A DNA stretch of 57,784 nucleotides, counting the filler, from Dugesia japonica (taxonomy: Eukaryota): assembly GCA_001938525.1 (NCBI GenBank). It is 6 parts of 6 records of this genome, joined end to end, with 100 filler letters (N's around TTAATTAATTAA, not from the genome) between each part and the next. Parts side by side here need not be neighbours in the genome. Positions count along the whole stretch, not along the records: positions 47,785 to 57,784 come from MQRL01614845.1; 5 more parts are not named here. One strand, given 5' to 3'. Of this stretch, positions 50,881 to 57,784 are shown in pieces; the first letter of the stretch is position 1, and each line of letters starts with the position of its first letter. Under the pieces are notes generated by a model. It made no database searches and had not been told where the DNA came from. It saw only the letters and a list, made by a program, of their open reading frames with translations. A program made the translations under genes and the position numbers.

Positions 50881-50999
50881 AATTACAAATGTAATATTCA
50901 TCATTTTTTTTAGTCAATAACAATCAGAATGTCATGAGAATATGATGGCCAAATTATAACAAAAATAGTAGAAGCGCTTATTTATTTAAGCTCCTGAAA

Positions 51000-51350
51000 C
51001 CTTGTACAGAGATAACAGGCAGTATCGCAATGTATGTGGCATCACGCCCATTACATTTAAATTGATAAACAAGGTTAGAACACAAATCAATTGATGTATA
51101 GGATTTATTAACAAAGCTATTAACAATCTTATGTGAAGTAAAAACAATTTTCAATAAAAGAAGATCCTTAGCAACTTCCAAAATCGAATTCTTAAACTTT
51201 TTAAAACCGTCAGAATAAGAAATCGATAAAAAAATGACCCAACACAGTTGGGCAAAGTGTTATCAGATTCAGGATTATTTAACACAGTTTCAATCTTTTT
51301 GTCAAAATTAATCTATATGATTATAGCCATCTTATATTTAGTATAATTGC
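51000..51350 (-). mobile_element. Penelope-like element remnant
   Basis: SISYSDGFKKF...KIVFTSHKI...SNLVYQFKCNGRDATYI. Confidence 0.8.
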
Positions 51351-51398
51351 TTGAATCTTTGTTTAAATAATAGTATGAATAAACCTATTTTTTTAATT

Positions 51399-51433
51399 TT
51401 TGTCTGATGATGATGGTTGAAATATATAACAAT
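51399..51433 (+). ncRNA. Minimal hammerhead motif
   Basis: TTGT-CTGATGA-TGATGGTT-GAAA-TATATA-ACAA; intact core, stem I, palindromic stem III; stem II poor. Confidence 0.55.
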
Positions 51434-54400
51434 AAAATTTTATTTTAAATGGCGTTATTTATTAATTATATATTTAATTTTCTGTTATCATTTTACTTAT
51501 ATTCCATTTCAATCATTATAAATAATAATAATAATATATATTAGATATTTTCTGCCTGGTTCAACTTTTCTTTATTTTGTTTTATTATGTTGGGCTTAAA
51601 GGTTTTTTTATTTCATTCTTAAATCAATTGTGACAAAAACACCAATTCGATACACTCATTATCAAGAGGAAATAAATATTTTGAAGAACTACACACTCAC
51701 CCTTGACGAATTATGAACCGATAGTGTCAACTATGTTCGAGAAGGAGTGCAAAATGTTCCCGCAGAACTTGAAATAGAGATAATAATCTACGACAGCATT
51801 CCTATACCATTTCTAATGTTTCGGGCAATAATGAACATTGTAAAACTGACGGAACGAAACATCAACATCGGAAAAATAGAACCAGATAACCATTTCATAG
51901 ACGAAAAGAAAGCGCAATGATACGCAAATAAATATGCGAAATGTACAGAATAATAACGTCTATAATACATTCGGAAATAGAAAAATAAAACTAATGAGTG
52001 ATGATATTTTAATAATTATATTTTCAGGCAATAGATCCAGAAAATGAAAACCGCAAAATCTTTCTACACAACAAATGTAAAATTATATTGCATGCAAAAC
52101 AACGCTCCAGTACGCTTCAAATTAAGGGTGGATGATGTCGCTAAAATCATCATGTACATATATGCCCTTCAACAAGCAAATATATTGATGGCCGAACTCA
52201 TCAAGGGCTATCCAGACAGAGAGGCTGAAGGATTTTGCCACCTTATGCACTCTGGAGGGCCTGTCAACCAGATAAAGATAGGTCAACAGACGACAAACAC
52301 GTAGTGAATCTAGATGTAGATTAACCACGGCAAAATAAGTTTAATAATGGCAATTTCTTTATATTTAACATTTTTGGCTATGTATGGCCTATGATCGACA
52401 ACAGAATGAAGCAACGATAATCACTGAGCAAGGAGAAAGTTGTCCGTAAACACGTAGTAAGACTTGATACCACAAAGTCGCTCTGGACCCAGGAAATGAG
52501 AGGTACGGCGCATAGGTGTGATAAATGCTTGTGGATTCTAGGTATGTCCCTAGACTGTGGAAGTAATAAAAATATATGAGAATGAAAATAAATCAAGTGG
52601 TAAATTTAACTCAAATTTCAAAAGCCTAGAATCCCAACATATACAATAATATAACATATAATGATAATAATTATAACATAATAATTCAGTCATTCCCTAA
52701 ATCATATTTTCCTCGTAACTAATTATTTTCTATTACATGAATTTTTTATTATCAAATCGTTGATTTAGACTTTAAAGAAACCACTTACCCAATGATCGTG
52801 CCCCCGGCTCAGTCATAATTATCAGCGGTTCAGAGTGACGTGTTGCCAACAGAATTAATTGTTAACTTCAAAATAATATGAAGATGCAAAAACTATTTAT
52901 CAACAATAGAATGAAATGAAATGACGGAATCATTTATCAATCCTACATTGAAACGAGATAACAAAATTGTTTACTAATCATAAATTTAAAGAAATATTTA
53001 TCATTTATCAATCATAAAATAGATGGAGAACGAAAAAATCAATTGTTAATTTCAAAATGGAATGAGATTGAGAGGATAAATTATAGAAGGAGCTGGAAGT
53101 TCAAAAATGATTTGTCACTTGTAAGAGGAAATAAAGATGAGATTCTTCCCCAAGTGTGGCTCTGAAATAAATAGGAGTATCTGAGCGAAAAACTATAAAA
53201 GGTTTGTGTCTACTGTAAAAAGAGTATGAAGAGGAAAGAATTATTTTTTAATTGTAACGGTGGCAGAAAGACGAGAGGGGAGGCAAAATAACCAGACATT
53301 TTTAGTGACAGAAAGATGCAAAAATATTAAACAAATTAACTAAAGCTGAAAATCCGATGGTTGAGTTAATGTTGGGTAAACGGAGAATTAGTTGTGGATT
53401 TAAGTCGTGTGAAAGCCTTATTTGATGTACTCGTCAGTCTAGACGAAGAGAAATGTCGGGAGAAACAATCGATGAAATTGAAACACATTACACGCATGCA
53501 CAACACAAAATACAATAAACTCAACACAAATCATGTTGCAACATATATCGAAATTCAATATTCGAACAGATCCAAGTAGACAACAAGCCAACAATCAAAC
53601 CAATCTAAAGTCAATAATCAATCCAAATAATACTATTCAAAGGAAAATTTTTATATTATCTTTGATCATTTATTATTCAAAGAATAATTTTTGTATCATC
53701 TTTAAAAATGTATTTATTCAAAGGACAGTTTTTGTGATTTGATATCATCTCTAACAATTTAATCTATTTTATTTCGTCAATGATTTCATTTTAGTTTTAA
53801 TTCTGTAAATTTTATTAAATATACTATGTAAATAATTTTTATTATTACTTTTATTTTTATTAGTAATCCAATCTTATTTTATACATTTTCAATATTGATT
53901 TTATTTATAATCTATCAATCGGATTCTATTTAATTCAACTATTGATTTTATTTCTACAAGACATAGTGGTGAGTTAAACAATTTTCAAATAATTATTATT
54001 TTTGTTAGATCTCGTGGGTAAGATTTAACAATTAAAAAGGGCTGACTCCATTTTTAACTAAATAATTTATGCGTGGAGATATTTTTTTAAAATAATTCAA
54101 TATAATAATATCAATATATAATTAAGAAAATTCGTTTAGGTTTTTAAAACTTTAATAAATAAATATACAAAACGATTGAATAAGAAATTACAATTGAATA
54201 TAAGGGCAGACTGATTTTACGGGTTTAGTGAAATACTGCTCTATAAATTTTAATTTTAGAAAGAGAATAACGGTATTACAATACCGTCCTAACAAGATTG
54301 AATGGTGGGACAAATTGTTTCCTCGCCACACGTAATGATACAAGATTTCAATTTAGGCGCATGAGTTTTTCACAAAATGAGCCGTCAATATATCAGTGTT

Positions 54401-54479
54401 TAAACCACTGTATAATTACTAATAACTATGATTGATTAAAATATGAAATGAGATAATAATCCTTAACAGATCTTATTCA

Positions 54480-56348
54480 CTTCAAAATAAAGCAACTTGT
54501 TCATAAAATTCTTCTTAATGAAACCATAGAAAAAGAACAATCCACACCTAAAATTCAAAAAGCTTCACCTTTGATATTAAACTTTGTTAAGCGAGACAGT
54601 TTGGAAGATATAGTATCGAAGTTGGCTGCAGTTGATAATATTTCCATACGTGCTATAACGAATTCTGCATTTATTCGTGAATCAATTTCTAGTCGGGGTT
54701 ATTTTTTACCAAACTGCGAAACCAGTGTTATGAAATTGATACATCGTAATTTTGAATTAAAGAAAGACGAGGTGATTAAAATCATTGAACAACGTAAAAT
54801 ACTTGGCAATAAATTTAGTATCACCAGTGATGAATTGACAAGCTTAAGGAGACGTAGATACCTGAACATAAATATCCATGGAGAAAACGACGTATGCGTA
54901 AATCTTGTGCTTGTTCGAATTCCAGGATTTTGTAATGCAAATTATATGGTGAATAAAGTGAAAAATCAGTTGCTTAAATTTAAAATTAATTTTGAAAGTG
55001 ATATTGTATGCACTATTCATGATGGGGCTCCAATGATGTTAAAGTATAGAAGAACTTGCCCAGCTGAAATGATTATATATTTAAACCACAGTATACACTT
55101 AGGNNNNNNNNNNNNNNNNNNNNNNNNNNNNNNNNNNNNNNNNNNNNNNNNNNNNNNNNNNNNNNNNNNNNNNNNNNNNNNAGATGATTTTCAAGATTCT
55201 GAGGATGATCCCGGTATCGACAATTATGATGACGAAAATGTAACTATTTTTGAACAGTTAAAGCTGGTGAGGAAAATTGTGTGCTTTTTTAGATATTCTC
55301 CAGTACACAACAGCATCCTGCAAAATCATGTCAGAAATGAATTCGATCGTGAGTATGAACTACTCTTAGATATAAAGATTCGATGGAACTCGATTGCGCC
55401 CATGATAGAAAGATTTTTGAAGTTGAAAACGCAAATTTTACAAGGTTTAACAGATTTAAAATGCTCATTATTTGATGGAAAAGGTTGACTTTGAGCTATT
55501 GAAAAATCTCAATCATTCTCTACAGACTATAAAACTAACGGTGGAAGCATTAAGTCGAAAAGACGCAAATATTTTTGGTGTTGAGGACGTTTTATCTTTT
55601 TTGAAAAACAAAATGAAAGCAATCAAAAAGCAGAAATAAGTCGCGATTGTTATAAGTCAATTGAAAATCGAATTAAATTGAGAAAAAATTACATTAATGC
55701 TTTAATAAAATGTCTTGTTGATCTAACTTCAACAAATGGTCCAACAAAATCTACTCTTAGTTTTGCTACAGCTCTTATGAAGAGACTTTTTCCTGTTGAG
55801 ACTATGCGGTTCTCTGAGGCTGGACAAGAAATTATGTGTGAAGAATCCGCAGTCATAGTTGAATCAGATATAGAATTGGCTGAAGAACTGAATTCAGATA
55901 TTTCAAAAGCGTGCAACGTTAAGTAGAAATATCAAATGATATCATCACTTTAAAGCAAGAATTCAACAGCTACAAGAAAACTTCTATNAGAACACAAAAT
56001 CTTGAATTGCATTATATGGCATTGAAAACAGCGAAGTCGACTTCAACAGATTCGGAGCGAACTTTTTCGGTTTCTGGAATGTTCTGCACACAGATCAGAT
56101 CTCGTCTCTCATGCGCATCGCTTAATGCATTATTTTTTCTAAAATTTTATTATTTAAATGAAAAAATGCCGAAAATTTAATTTTATCTCTTTTAAATTTT
56201 ATTTATAAGAAATAAAAGTAATTTTTGTGAAGTTCAATATTCAACAATTTATTTTATTTTTATTCAGTTATCCGGTATACGCCGGATAATTTCAAAACGT
56301 CTATCCGATAACCGCGGTTTCAGAAAATCCGAATATTTGGAAATCCTA
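54480..56348 (+). mobile_element. hAT transposon with pseudogenised transposase
   Basis: FSITSDELTS, DGAPMM, HSIHL, LDIKIRWNS, hATC TSTDSERTFS...IRSRLS; CCGG-rich subterminal region ending ...AATCCTA. Confidence 0.9.
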
Positions 56349-57304
56349 CTTGTAGTCTATTTGTATTTTACTAAAAAAATCTTACTAAAAAAATAATGTT
56401 TGTCTAAATTTGTCTGGATTTATAAAGCAGCTCTAGTGGAACACAAATTACTCGTTTTCCCAGGGAGAAAAATTATTCGCATTATTATTCTTCCTAAGAA
56501 AATCGATTATTAACAATTCGTTATCTGAATTTGTGATTTAATATGTCGCATTTTATACGATCAAAGCACAAAGTAATTTTCATTATTGGTGAGAATTATT
56601 AATAATTTTCATAAATTCCTGTCCGATGAGATTATCCACCCCCAGATGACAAATTGAAAAAGAAATTAACGATTTAATAAACGAAAGATTGATGACAATT
56701 TGAAACAGAGATGGGAGGCTATAATAATAGAAAACTTGATAACAAATTGAAATAGAATTGACGATTCAACTAAAAGAAAGCTTTAAAAAAAATTGAAAGG
56801 GGCATCGATGAGTAAAATAAAAGAAGGTTTGGTAACAAATGAAAAGAGAAATCAATGAGTAAAAGTGTTATATTTAAATGATTCGATTTGAGTGTTTTTT
56901 AATATGATTGTTATATTGAGTATATTTTGAATTTGATTAAAAATCTTGATTGTACATTTCTTTATTTTGATTATTTATTCCAGTTTTACACAACAGTATT
57001 ATTAGAATAATTTACAGGTATTAACTCGTTAATTAAATACAGTATTATTAGGATAATTAGCATTTCACGCAACAAAAAGTAAAGAAAGATAAACAATACT
57101 TTGAATTAGAAATCAATGATTGAAATAAAATAAAAATCATAGCTCACTGAAATAGAACCCGATGAATGAAATATAAAGAATATTGATGATAATATCGATG
57201 ATGAAATAAAATAGATACCCATGGATGGCAAATCTTAAGTTTAGAGTAAAAATATACTTGGTGAATAGATCCTTTTCTCTTACCATGAAATTTATCATAA
57301 TCAT

Positions 57305-57784
57305 AAGAAGTGGATCCAGGTAACTTTGGTTTATTATCTGATCAACATAAAACAGTTGAAATTGAAATCACTTAACTATTTACGTTAATGCGGGATGTTT
57401 TTGTTGTTGGCGGAAGCTCGCCTCATAACATGTCAGTAGACGCATCATCATCCGACGATAAAATGTCGGTTGACGAATCTGCTGGGAAGCGGATGTTGCA
57501 TCCGCTGATACCAAAGTCCGGCGCTATAAAAAGAAGTGGATCCAGGTAACTTTGGTTTATTATCTGATCAACTTAAAACAGTTGAAATTGAAATCACTTA
57601 ACTATTTACGTTACTGCGTGATGTTTTTGAGGTTGGTGGAAGCTCGCCTCATAACATTTCAGTAGTCGCCTCCTCATCCGACGGTAAAATGTCGGTTGAC
57701 GAATCTGCTAGGAAGGGGATGTTGCATCCGCTGATACCAAAGTTTGGCGCTATAAAAAGAAGTGGATACACGTAACTTTAGTTT
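57305..57784. repeat. 226-bp tandem repeat (2+ copies, runs off the window)
   Basis: AAGAAGTGGAT unit starts at 57305, 57531 and 57757; scattered substitutions, no indels. Confidence 0.95.

Noticed and set aside
57335-57365. Hammerhead core in the 226-bp repeat (CTGATCA...GAAA)
   Set aside because: G8 is C in both copies, and stems I and III do not form.
57305-57784. CRISPR-like array
   Set aside because: Whole units repeat with no unique spacers, the context is eukaryotic and there are no cas genes.

Overview
AT-rich eukaryotic DNA from a gappy draft assembly. The 5S-like sequence, very short introns and TE content suggest a triclad planarian, which is an inference. The window is six unrelated scaffolds of about 8.5-10 kb joined by artificial 100-nt linkers (44N-TTAATTAATTAA-44N), so adjacency across linkers means nothing. 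Host genes are few: the last exon of COMMD2, two exons of a cystatin, an intronless type I membrane protein with a possible Ig fold, a tiny spliced gene, and a few unidentified exons. The rest is mostly decayed mobile DNA: Ty3/gypsy, mariner, pogo/Tigger, hAT, Penelope-like elements with minimal hammerhead ribozymes, LINE scraps, Polinton capsid/protease/PolB pieces and a 5S-derived unit. The most unusual feature is a virus-like retroelement at about 2.2-10 kb. It has a Gag-like polyprotein containing a ubiquitin-like domain ending in di-glycine, two CCHC knuckles and an aspartic protease. These are followed directly, with no RT, RNase H or integrase, by an env-like glycoprotein (signal peptide, furin site, mucin stalk, TM) and an array of accessory ORFs including an IAP-type RING. 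Its leader and tail sequences recur on a second scaffold, and another RING-carrying, possibly LTR-terminated segment lies at about 48-50 kb. All domain calls were made by eye and need HMM or structure confirmation.
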